A DNA stretch of 64,000 bases from assembly GCA_963817895.1 (NCBI GenBank), contig CAWFQB010000009.1, positions 1-64,000 on the forward strand, written 5' to 3'. Below the pieces are notes generated by a model. It was not told the DNA's origin, did no database searches, and saw only the letters and a program-made list of their open reading frames with translations. The DNA comes from an uncultured Chthonomonadaceae bacterium. GTDB lineage: Bacteria; Armatimonadota; Chthonomonadetes; Chthonomonadales; Chthonomonadaceae. The translations under genes were made by a program, and so were the position numbers. Positions 55,057 to 64,000 of the stretch are shown in pieces. Each line of letters opens with the position of its first letter. Within the stretch, counting starts at the first letter, position 1.

Positions 55057-56166
55057 ATGTCCAATGAAGAACTTAATTCCGCCAGCGCGCAAACGGAAAT
55101 CCTTCCGGCTTCCACGCCTGAATACGCGCCGGTTGTCCAGATGGTTGTAGAGAATGTGCCGGAGGGAGCAACGCATACGGCGGCAGTGAAAACACAGCCT
55201 GCCGCGCCCCTGCCCGACAGTTCTCCCTATCTTGCGCCCCGCGAACCGGAGCCGCAGGAAACGCCCGAAAATCCGAACATGCCAATTAACCCGAATGTGC
55301 CTGCGTCACCGCCCGACGCGCCGCTTTTCACGCCGCCCGCGCCCATTCCGCCCGCGCCGCCCGCGCATCCGCCAACAAACGCGCCGGAACACGCGATGAA
55401 CGCTTCTGTTCCGCTCGTCGATTACGCGGGTTCGGCCATGCCCTCAACCGCTTCTAATAATGCGCCTGCCGTTTCGCCCGAAAAGCGCGTGTACGACCTG
55501 CTCTTAGAAGAATTCAGCCGCGACCCGCGCTTTGAACTGCACACGAATGTACGCGCCCTGCTTGAAGAAGTGCAGGCCATGAAAGCCATGCCACAAACCG
55601 CGAACGCTTCTACAGCTGTCAATAACGATATTGCCGTTATTCGTGAAACCGTCGCAAAAATATGGACACATCTTGAAGAGAAGAGCGTAGGGGCACAATC
55701 TATTGCGCCCTCTGGCGTAGATACGCCCAACCCTCAACCCTCAACCGAATTGATTGCCGAAACCCGCGCCCTTGTCCGCTCGGTCAACGAGGAAGTAAAC
55801 GCTACGCGCAACAGCGTCATCCAATTGACCAATCAGGGGCGCATGATGCTGGATGTGGCGACCCGCTGCCTGCGCGAAATGGACAAAACCGCGCAGAAGT
55901 ACGAGCCGCAGGAACAATCGGGCGCAACAAACCCACTGCTGGACGAGCTGCGTTCCCTGCGCGACATGCTGGCGGACGGCTTCGAGAACGCGCGGCTGGA
56001 ACCCATTGCGCCCGAACCCGGCGAAACCTTCCGCTACAGCGACCACCGCGCCGACAACGGTTCCGCGTCTTCGGGTAAAATCAAGCGTACCGTCTTTCCC
56101 GGCTTCCGCTGGACGCAACCCAACCCACCCGTCGTCCTAATGCCCGCCATTGTAGAAACAGAATAA
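55057..56166 (+). CDS. Pro-rich coiled-coil protein with a GrpE-like C-terminal beta domain
   Basis: C-terminus LEPIAPEPGETFRYSDHRA...KIKRTVFPGFRW...VLMPAIVET matches the GrpE pattern GexFDPxxHxA...V.++GY....LRPA.V; sits directly upstream of Hsp70. Confidence 0.72.
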   Translation: MSNEELNSASAQTEILPASTPEYAPVVQMVVENVPEGATHTAAVKTQPAAPLPDSSPYLAPREPEPQETPENPNMPINPNVPASPPDAPLFTPPAPIPPAPPAHPPTNAPEHAMNASVPLVDYAGSAMPSTASNNAPAVSPEKRVYDLLLEEFSRDPRFELHTNVRALLEEVQAMKAMPQTANASTAVNNDIAVIRETVAKIWTHLEEKSVGAQSIAPSGVDTPNPQPSTELIAETRALVRSVNEEVNATRNSVIQLTNQGRMMLDVATRCLREMDKTAQKYEPQEQSGATNPLLDELRSLRDMLADGFENARLEPIAPEPGETFRYSDHRADNGSASSGKIKRTVFPGFRWTQPNPPVVLMPAIVETE

Positions 56167-56167
56167 G

Positions 56168-56250
56168 AGGAATATGGGAATACAGGAAGATGGAATGTAG
56201 GAATTGTCCTATTCCTACATTCCCCTATTCCGTATTCCCATATTCCATAT
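56168..56250. repeat. Inverted pair of octamer repeats (GGAATATG / CATATTCC)
   Basis: ggaatatgggaatacaggaagatggaatgtaggaat mirrored by attcctacatt...tattcccatattcc. Confidence 0.75.
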
Positions 56251-56261
56251 AAGGATTTTCC

Positions 56262-58166
56262 ATGTCCCAACAGACATTTGCTATAGGAATTGATTTTGGA
56301 ACCAGCACATCACTCGTAGCGCGGTATCAGTACGGCATGGCGAGTGTGTTATCCGACCCGAACACGCGCGATCAGTATCAGGCTCCGTGGACGCCATCCG
56401 TCGTGGCCGCGTGGAGGGACGACGCGCCGGGCAGCACGCCGGAAATTATGATCGGCTGGCGGGCGTGGGATTTGCTGGAGTCGCCGGATACGGTGCGCGA
56501 AGTAAAGCGGTCATTGGGCGATCCGAACAAGACGTTTACCATTTTCGGGCAGGCGTACAAGCCGGAAGAAGTAGCCGCGCTGATTCTGAAGCAGGTTGTC
56601 GCCAACGCGCAGGCGAAGATCGGTGAGCCGATTACGGATGTTGTCCTGTCCATTCCCGCCAATTTCGGGGGCGCGGCGCGGGAAGCGCTGCTGGCGGCGG
56701 CGAAAATCGTCGGCCTGAACCCGCTGCGCCTGATTAACGAACCCACCGCCGCCGCGCTCTCCTACACCATCGAGCGACCGGAAACCGAGGAGAACCTGCT
56801 CGTGTTCGACTTCGGCGGCGGCACACTGGACATTACCATACTCGCTAAATCAAAAACCGCGTTGCGCGTCCATTCCACGCACGGCAACCCTAAACTGGGC
56901 GGTATAGATTTCGATTACGGCGTCCGTGAGTGGCTGCGACAGCAGATCGAACCCGGCGTTGTTCCCGCGCCCGATCTGGACGGCATTTTGCGCAACGAGG
57001 CAGAACAGATCAAGTGGCGCTTGTCTACTGACCCGACAACCCGCGTGTTTCTGCGCAACGCAGGCAAAAAAGATGGACGCGACTACTCTCTCCGCGCCAC
57101 GATAACTCGGGAAATTTTCGAGCAGATTTCCAAACCCCTGCTGGACGCCACCCATGCCTGCCTGAGTGAAGCCGTCGCCAAAAGCAATCTGCCGCCCGAA
57201 AGTATCGGGCATGTGCTGCTCGTGGGCGGAACCTGCAAAATCCCCGCTGTGCGCGAGATGATGGAAGCGGGTTTCGGGCCGCGCTGTTTGTCGTATGACC
57301 CGCTCACCGCTGTTGCCGAGGGCGCGTCCATTCTCGCCGCCGACCAGATGGGGCTGATGAGCGCAGGAGAAAACGGGCGCAAACTGGAACTCAAGGACGT
57401 TGCCAGTCACGGCTTGGGCCTGAGCTACGAGGACCCGCACACGCATCAGGAACGTTACGGCCTGCTCATTCCACCCGGAGCCGAACTGCCGTTCCGCAAA
57501 CTGCGCAGCGACCTGACCCTGAAATCGCCCACGCAGCAGACCTTAACCATTACCTTATATGAGGGCTACGCCACGAGCGACAGCCTGATGACCGAAGCCC
57601 GCGCCACCCGCCTGCGGGAAGAGACCATTCACGACATTCCCGTTTCCACCACCGGGGCAAGGCGTTCGCTTTCGGTCGCCTTCGTCTACGATGAAAACGC
57701 GGTGATGGCGCTGGAAGCCAAAATCGAAGGCACGGACAAAACCCTTCCCCTCCGCTACGACGCCCGCCGCTCCCCCCGCGACATTGACGAATCCGCCCGG
57801 CGCGTCCGCCAGTTATGGAGTTATACGGGACAAGCGGAGGAGGAAGAGGGGGATACAGGGAGAGGGGGAGAAGAGGAGAAGAGGAGAAAAGGAGAAAAGG
57901 ATACACAAGAAAATCAATCACCAACCACCAACCACCAACCACCCACCACCGAACTAGACTCGCGGCTGGAGAGTCTCAGCGCCCGGTTGAAGCAATTGAA
58001 ACTTTCCGATTTGATACGCAGCAATCCGGCGCGGCGCGACATGATCAAGCAGCTGTTGGCATTGGCGGAAACCGCGAAGCATAGCGAGGAAACGAAAGTA
58101 AAAGAGGACGCCATCAAAGAGATCGAAGACCGCAGCCGCCAGTGGGCTGACACCGTTCCCGCATAA
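56262..58166 (+). CDS. Divergent Hsp70/DnaK family protein
   Basis: IGIDFGTSTS, TPSVVA, VKRSLG, LINEPTAAA, VFDFGGGTLD, LGGIDFD and LLVGGTCKIP; divergent substrate-binding domain and short lid. Confidence 0.95.
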   Translation: MSQQTFAIGIDFGTSTSLVARYQYGMASVLSDPNTRDQYQAPWTPSVVAAWRDDAPGSTPEIMIGWRAWDLLESPDTVREVKRSLGDPNKTFTIFGQAYKPEEVAALILKQVVANAQAKIGEPITDVVLSIPANFGGAAREALLAAAKIVGLNPLRLINEPTAAALSYTIERPETEENLLVFDFGGGTLDITILAKSKTALRVHSTHGNPKLGGIDFDYGVREWLRQQIEPGVVPAPDLDGILRNEAEQIKWRLSTDPTTRVFLRNAGKKDGRDYSLRATITREIFEQISKPLLDATHACLSEAVAKSNLPPESIGHVLLVGGTCKIPAVREMMEAGFGPRCLSYDPLTAVAEGASILAADQMGLMSAGENGRKLELKDVASHGLGLSYEDPHTHQERYGLLIPPGAELPFRKLRSDLTLKSPTQQTLTITLYEGYATSDSLMTEARATRLREETIHDIPVSTTGARRSLSVAFVYDENAVMALEAKIEGTDKTLPLRYDARRSPRDIDESARRVRQLWSYTGQAEEEEGDTGRGGEEEKRRKGEKDTQENQSPTTNHQPPTTELDSRLESLSARLKQLKLSDLIRSNPARRDMIKQLLALAETAKHSEETKVKEDAIKEIEDRSRQWADTVPA

Positions 58167-58181
58167 TAAAGAATAACTCTC

Positions 58182-58817
58182 ATGGGAAGTTTACGCCGCC
58201 GGATTGCAACCTTTCAACCGAAGATCGTATGGTTATGGCCTTTTTATGAGCTGCTTCGTTGCAGTTATCATATACGGGGTGTAAAAAGCATTGGTGGCAT
58301 CAAACTTGTTGAAATGGGCCATAACGATCAAAGTAACGCCGCGTTCCTTCAAGTGACGGCAGATGCCTTGAAACTCATTTAAACATACGATCCACGTCGC
58401 TTCCGCTGTCTACAGCGTGAAGTTACCTTTATTGTCAACGGCGCACTGCTATCGGGTGGCAAATACATGCGCCAGACCCGTTCCTGTGAAATAGACTTTG
58501 ACAAGTATAAAGCCCGACGCGGCATGGAACATTACGACTGGTATCTTGCTTACTACGCTTCAGTTATTGTACATGAAGCCACACATGGCCGTCTAGACGC
58601 GCTCGGTATTCCCTACAACAAGAAAACACGCAGTCGTATCGAGCGGCTATGCCGATGTGAACAGAGGCGTTTCGCGCAACACTTGCCGCCCGTTTACAAC
58701 TATACAACGCTGATTCCAGAGTTCAACGAAGCAGATTGGTATCCTTACTGGAACACAACCTTTCGGCAACGTATGCAGTGGCTTATTAAGCAGGTTCGTG
58801 AAATATTCTCAAAATAA
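58182..58817 (+). pseudogene. HExxH-motif hypothetical protein interrupted by an in-frame TAA at 58380
   Basis: ORFs 58182..58382 and 58467..58817 share a frame; read-through gives LI*TYDPRRFR...VIVHEATH. Confidence 0.6.
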
Positions 58818-58888
58818 ATAAATCCGATACATCGTCTCGGGTTATAAAATGGCAGCAAAGACACTCCGCCAGTCCATGAAGTTCATTT

Positions 58889-60006
58889 TCAGGATGGTTT
58901 CGGCCTTTTATGTTGTTCGAGGAGTTTGCGGGTGCGTTCCAGTTCTGCGGTGAGGAGTTGTTCGTCGGGGAGGGCGAGGCGGTATTGCGCAGTGAGGACG
59001 GCGTTGTGCAGGCCGTTGAGGGCGTACTGCGCGACGGCGGCATTGGGTTCCGAACAGAGAATGAGGCCGATGGGCGGGTTCTCGTCGGGCAGGGTCATGT
59101 GTTCGGCTGCATAGTTGACGTACAGGTTCATTTGCCCCGCGTCGGCATGATTGAACTTACCGGTTTTCAAATCAATAATGACCAGACAGCGCAAACGCCG
59201 GTGAAATAGCAGCAAATCCATGCGAAACCACGTATCGCCTACTCGCAACGCCTTTTGTCGGGCGACAAACGTGAAATCGTTACCCAATTCCAGCAGAAAC
59301 GCTTCCAGATGTTGTATCAGCGCTGCTTCTAACTCACTTTCGGAATACTCGTCTTTCAGGCCAAGAAATTCCAGAACCAGCGGGTCTTTAATCTCTGCTT
59401 CCGCGCTCATGGCGTCTTCCGGTTTGGCTTCCCCGCCCTTTGTCAGCATGGCGGCTTTGTTGATGGAAAGGGCGGTACGCTCGTAAAACATCGAATTGAT
59501 CTGCCGCTCCAACTGCCGCAAGGACCAGCCGCCGCGCAGGGCTTCCGTCTCGTAAAAGGCGCGGGCATTCGGGTTCTGCACCGACAACAGCCTGACGTAA
59601 TGCGACCACGATAGCGGAAATACTTTCGAGAGAGGTTCAATTTCCAATTGTCCAGACAGTGTCTGGACAATTGCAGATTCTGCCCATGTCAAATAGAATT
59701 GGCGCATCTGCATCAAATTAGACCTGCCGAAACCGCGTCCAAATTTCGCGGTAAGATCAACTGTAAGGCGTTAATGAGTTTCTCGCCGTACCCGGCGCGT
59801 TCTTTGCCGCCCTGCTCGAAGTCTACAATTCGGCGTCCGATGAGCCAGTAGGTTGCCGTCATCAGGGCGTTGACGGAACGGGCGGCCTGACGGCGGGCAG
59901 CGTCGAGCAACTGCGCGATGTCGCTCACAACGCTATCGTATTCCGGCGCAATCATCTCCCCGGCAGGCAACATTGCATTTTCTGAAGGCGTATTCTCGTT
60001 TTCCAT
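58889..60006 (-). CDS. YhcG/DUF1016 PDDEXK nuclease family protein (frameshift near 59715-59770)
   Basis: TYWLIGRRIV...YG; LSWSHY, FYE.EAL..GWS.RQL, KDP.VLEFL, FLLELG.DF.FVARQ and GQMNLY. Confidence 0.93.
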
Positions 60007-60053
60007 TGCCGTAAATCTCCTTTGCGAGAACGCCGAAGCGTGAATAGGAACGA

Positions 60054-60798
60054 CTACTCTTTATCCGGGTTGGGGATTTGCACGAAGCGGGCGTTGGCGG
60101 CGACGGGGGCGACGGACGGGTCCAGAATGGCGGCGGTGAGCGGGCCGTTAAAAACCGCGCCTGTATCAATGCCGATTTTGTTGGGCTGCACGAGGGGCTT
60201 GCCGGTACGCTGCGGCGTGTGTCCGAAAACCACAATGCGCCCGTCGAAGTCGGCCACGCTGTTCAAAAACTCCTCGCGTATCCACAGGCGCGGGTCAAGT
60301 CCCCAACCGCTCATTTCCCAGTGCGCGTCAGGCGGCAACAGTCCGGCGTGAACAAAATGGTAGCCGGGTATCTGATGCTCGAAGCGCGTCTTTTCCAGAA
60401 ACTCCCAATGTTCGGCGGGAATGCTGTCCACCCACTCGGAATAATCCTCCATGCCGTAGGATTCCAGAGTATCCACGCCGCCGTTTTGCAGCCAGTTCAG
60501 CGTTTTTTCGCCAAACAGAATAAACCCTTCGCGCGGCGCGGGACGGGGCGGATCATCCTTCGCGGGCATCGAGCATCAGCTGCTCGTGGTTGCCGCGTAA
60601 AAAAATGGTGTTGGCGTGTTGTTCGGCCTTGAAGCGCATGATTTCCTCAATCACGCCCCGCGAATCCTCGCCCCGATCCACATAGTCGCCCAGAAAGATC
60701 ACGGTATCCTCTTCCTGAAGCGGCTGCGAGACGATCAGAGCCAGCATCTGCCGCAGCATCGTCACTTTGCCGTGTATGTCACCGATTGCGTAAATCAT
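60054..60798 (-). CDS. Calcineurin-like metallophosphoesterase (Ser/Thr phosphatase PphA-like), frameshift near 60565
   Basis: IGDIHG, LGDYVDRG, RGNHE, FVHAG, VFGHTP and IDTGA. Confidence 0.93.
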
Positions 60799-60807
60799 AA
60801 GGGAAAT

Positions 60808-60900
60808 CCAGGTTTCAGGTGTCAGGTTTCAGGTGTCAGGCCAACTCTGCTACGCGCTTATCTTGTGCAGCAAGCATTTCCCTGAAACCTGAAACCTAAT
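60808..60900. repeat. Inverted pair of heptamer repeats (CAGGTTT/CAGGTGT vs CCTGAAA)
   Basis: caggtttcaggtgtcaggtttcaggtgtcagg mirrored by cctgaaacctgaaacct. Confidence 0.75.
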
Positions 60901-61248
60901 CTAAAGGTCGCGCGCATAGTGGTTGTGGTCGTCTACGAGAATCATTTTGGGTGTCAGCGGTTCGTCGGTCAGGCAGAAGGCAGCGATGATGAGTTTATGG
61001 CCGACGCGGACGCGATGGGCGGCGGCTCCGTTGACAATAATTTGCCCCGCGCCGCGCTCTCCTTCCAGCACATACGTTTCAAAGCGTTCGCCGTTGTCAA
61101 TGTCCCAGACGTGTACCAGTTCGTTGAGCATCAGGCCGGTACGCTCTATCAGGTCGAGGTCAATGGTGATGCTGCCGATATAGTTCAGGTCGGCCTCCGT
61201 GACGGTAGCGCGGTGGATTTTACTTTTGAGCAGGTTTAAAAGACGCAT
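60901..61248 (-). CDS. panD: Aspartate 1-decarboxylase
   Basis: LKSKIHRATVTEADLNYIGSITID, NGERFETY and NGAAA. Confidence 0.97.
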   Translation of the reverse strand: MRLLNLLKSKIHRATVTEADLNYIGSITIDLDLIERTGLMLNELVHVWDIDNGERFETYVLEGERGAGQIIVNGAAAHRVRVGHKLIIAAFCLTDEPLTPKMILVDDHNHYARDL

Positions 61249-61446
61249 AATGGTTTATTATACCCCTCCTTCCGTATCATGTTGGCAGCAGATTTCAGAA
61301 GGAGAGGTTAGCCGCGAATGAACGCGAATAAACGCGAATGAATAGGATATACCGGGTAACGAGGAGATATTTGTGTCCCTGTGGTCTTGTCCTGTTCATC
61401 CTGTCTATCCTAAATTGCATTCGCGTGTATTCGCGTTCATTCGGGG

Positions 61447-62280
61447 CTACTCTTCTATCAGCAGTCGGTGGGTGAGTTTGGCGAGCGCGAGCAGGCCGGG
61501 GTTGTCGGCAGTCCACTGTACGACGGGCAGGTTCTGGCAGAACAGAGCGAGGGCGTAGCGATTGCCGTCCCCGCTTTCCACAAGTCCGACATCGTTGCGA
61601 ACAGCGTCAATCGCGCCGGTCTTGCCCATGTACTTCCAGTCTGCGGGCAGCAGGCGGGGAATGGCGTCGCGGTAGAATTGTCCGGCCAGTATGTTCAGAA
61701 TGTCTTTGTTGGTGGACTCGTCGCCGCTCTCGTTGTCGGCAAGCCGAACCAGCAGTCTCAGCATCTCTTCGGGGGTGGTGACGCCCAACCCGTACTCTTT
61801 GCTGGCTTCGGTATCCGGGGAGTAGGCTTTGCGGAAGCAGGTCGTAATCGGCAGGTTAAACGAGCGCATCCGGGCATTGATAGCGTCCACGCCGACATGT
61901 TCAATGACCATGTTCGTGGCGGTATTATCGGATACGATTGTCATCAAAGCGCAGACATCGCGCAGGGACAATTGCAGCCCCGCCGTCAATTGCGTCAGGA
62001 CGCCCGAACCGTCCACTTTCTCGGCATCGGTCAGGGTGAGAGGTTCCTCCCATGTCAGACTGCCTTCCCGTACACAGTAAGCGACATGCGCCAGAATGGG
62101 CAATTTGATGACGCTGGCGGTTTTGCATTTGTGGCTGCTGTTCCAGACTGCCATGTCGCCGTTTTGCAGGTCCTTGACAGCAAAATGCAGCGTCCCGCCA
62201 CACTCCCGTTCCAGTTCCCGAACAAATACGTCGAGTTCGTCGCCCTGAAAGAAGCGACGGATGGGTGATTGGTTAATCAT
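61447..62280 (-). CDS. Class A beta-lactamase-like serine hydrolase
   Basis: ASVIK (SxxK), SDN and KTG motifs; no clear signal peptide. Confidence 0.9.
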   Translation of the reverse strand: MINQSPIRRFFQGDELDVFVRELERECGGTLHFAVKDLQNGDMAVWNSSHKCKTASVIKLPILAHVAYCVREGSLTWEEPLTLTDAEKVDGSGVLTQLTAGLQLSLRDVCALMTIVSDNTATNMVIEHVGVDAINARMRSFNLPITTCFRKAYSPDTEASKEYGLGVTTPEEMLRLLVRLADNESGDESTNKDILNILAGQFYRDAIPRLLPADWKYMGKTGAIDAVRNDVGLVESGDGNRYALALFCQNLPVVQWTADNPGLLALAKLTHRLLIEE

Positions 62281-62396
62281 AATAAGTTTCCGAGAGCAAG
62301 GCACGGGTAGCGGCATCAATGTCAAGCGTTTCGGTGTGTCGAGAAAAGAAGGTTTTCATACAGGTATTTTCCTTTGCGCCTTCATGTTGAAATATC

Positions 62397-63674
62397 TCAG
62401 TTGGTAGGCAGAACAATATCGGTTGGCGGCTTGCCGTCGGCGGGGCGTTCTACGGGGTCGCGGTACTTGACGCTGCCGTCCTTGTAGCCGCCGCCGGTCA
62501 GGTAGAAGCGGTTGCCGATTGCGCCCGCGTCGTAATCGGTTCGGCTGTCTTTGCCGGTGTGGGTGAAGACGGCTTTGGTCAGTTCCGTCCATTGCCCGTC
62601 AGCCGTTTTGATCCACTGCCGCCCAAATTCCGCTAATCGCTTCTGCTGCCCGTTCGCGCTGTTCCAATCCTCGTCGAAAGAGTACAGGCCGCGCAGATAG
62701 CTGCCGTCTTTGGGGGCGCGGAACCGGGCAATGATGTCCCATTTGTGTTTTTCGGGGAAATAGAACCAGCCCGTGTAGATGGTAGCGGTTCCGTCCGGCT
62801 GCGCGGACACGAGAAAGCGGTACGTCTGCCCCGTTTTCCAGTTGTATACCAGATGGCTATGCCCGCCTGTTCCCTCGTTACCAAAACTGTCCGCGAACAC
62901 GCCCGCGCCCTTCGCCAGCAGTTTCACGCGATTGTCGTCAGTGACTTTGCCCCTGTCTTTGGCTTCTGCGCCGCTATCCCAAACCGAAAAGATGATGCGC
63001 CGCTCGGTCGGGCTGTTGACCTGCATCCCGAAATAGCCCCGATGCCAGCCACACGCCATATAGTATGACCAGACGGGGTCGGTTTTAGCCGTCACCTCGT
63101 TGTAGAACCATTCCACTTTGGCGTCTTTGGGGATGGGGTAACTCAGATGCACGGACGGCGCGCCCCGCTGCTGCGGTATCTGGTTGAAATGCGCGCCCTG
63201 CGCAGCAGGTCCACTTAACGCCAGTTCGTCTATATCGCCGAATATAACGTCGCTTTTGTCCACGCCTTGCAGTTCAAATCGCTGATACCCGGGTTCGGTT
63301 ATGTCTATGCTACCGAAGGTGACAGGAAGCGCCGACTGTAAGCCCGTTCCCATCACCTCGGCAGTCAGCGCGTGTTTGCCGATTGTAAGCCGCAGTTTCG
63401 ATTTGGCTGAGGCAGGCAGGCGTATCGTAACTCCCACCGTAAGTTTGCCCGGCGTGTTGATTTTGCCATACCAGACCAGTTTTTCATTTGCGTGGTTCCA
63501 CTCGGTCAGCCCTGTGCGCTCAATGTTCAAGGCTTCCGCATCCGGTTCGCTGTACGCCGTGTATGCGGGAACGCGCAGCATCTGTTTAGAATCTACTTCG
63601 ACTTGCATGGAGTGACACGCCGACGACAGCGCAAACGAAATACCAAGGACAGTTGCTGCGAAGCTGATTTTCAT
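62397..63674 (-). CDS. DUF5077/DUF3472 domain secreted protein
   Basis: RGAPSVHL, WFYNEV, GYFGMQVNSPTERRIIFSVW and FGNEGTGG. Confidence 0.88.
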   Translation of the reverse strand: MKISFAATVLGISFALSSACHSMQVEVDSKQMLRVPAYTAYSEPDAEALNIERTGLTEWNHANEKLVWYGKINTPGKLTVGVTIRLPASAKSKLRLTIGKHALTAEVMGTGLQSALPVTFGSIDITEPGYQRFELQGVDKSDVIFGDIDELALSGPAAQGAHFNQIPQQRGAPSVHLSYPIPKDAKVEWFYNEVTAKTDPVWSYYMACGWHRGYFGMQVNSPTERRIIFSVWDSGAEAKDRGKVTDDNRVKLLAKGAGVFADSFGNEGTGGHSHLVYNWKTGQTYRFLVSAQPDGTATIYTGWFYFPEKHKWDIIARFRAPKDGSYLRGLYSFDEDWNSANGQQKRLAEFGRQWIKTADGQWTELTKAVFTHTGKDSRTDYDAGAIGNRFYLTGGGYKDGSVKYRDPVERPADGKPPTDIVLPTN

Positions 63675-63699
63675 AATTTCTCCAGTCCTTTTCAGGACG

Positions 63700-63912
63700 C
63701 TAAAACTGTGGGTCTATGTCCAGACGCTTCTTCTCCGCTTTCCACCATTTTGCCCACACATCAGGATCTGTGCCCAAATCTTGCTCTGCCAATAGCTTCA
63801 ATTTATCAAGAGCTTCTTCGATTGACATGTTCCTTGCCCAATCATATCGTGCCGCTGCAGGCAGTTTGTTCCTGAGACGCATAATCAGCAATTCTTGTGG
63901 AAACACTCTCAC
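63700..63912 (-). CDS. Small hypothetical protein
   Basis: GAGGGA RBS before GTG; L..L...DLGTDPDVWAKWW motif. Confidence 0.6.
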   Translation of the reverse strand: MRVFPQELLIMRLRNKLPAAARYDWARNMSIEEALDKLKLLAEQDLGTDPDVWAKWWKAEKKRLDIDPQF

Positions 63913-64000
63913 AACTTGCTCCCTCGCATAGAAATCTCGTCAAGGAACAGGAAACATTTGCATCACGGTGTAGGGCTATTCGTCCTCATCTCCGAAGGCG

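Noticed and set aside
61447..62280. Bona fide antibiotic-resistance beta-lactamase
   Set aside because: No signal peptide and no clear omega-loop ExxLN motif; more likely a generic serine hydrolase.

Overview
GC-rich bacterial chromosome segment, most likely Armatimonadota. This assignment is inferred from two prepilin-type/DUF1559 genes, a PEP-CTERM protein, a BTAD-ATPase-TPR regulator and abundant short tandem repeats. About a dozen otherwise intact genes are split by single-base frameshifts, often at homopolymers, which points to an unpolished long-read assembly rather than mass pseudogenisation. The first ~29 kb is mostly housekeeping, signalling and envelope genes: a two-component cluster, an RsmB-type methyltransferase, purC, hpnC/hpnD, a phosphomannomutase, a VIT1-ferritin fusion and pcrA. 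From ~29.6 to 60 kb lies an accessory, conflict-rich region with (i) a low-GC tcmP + Gp37/Gp68 (DUF5131) pair, (ii) a MoxR-bpX5-vWA-like-bpX6 beta-propeller ternary conflict operon whose MoxR carries an antitoxin-like N-terminal extension, (iii) a TIR / NB-ARC-TPR-GNAT NLR-like locus joined by a slippery-stop plus hairpin junction and followed by a small acidic ORF, (iv) a dynamin-like GTPase + GrpE-like + divergent Hsp70 operon with no J-protein, and (v) a YhcG-type nuclease. Non-coding highlights are two inverted ~140-nt copies (~85% identical by eye) of an unannotated element carrying a conserved SD + 8-aa micro-ORF (MPV[H/Y]TRSP*), a ~104-bp MITE-like element, REP/BIME-like hairpins, and short repeats that have been translated in-frame into several proteins. 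No rRNA, tRNA or CRISPR array was seen.
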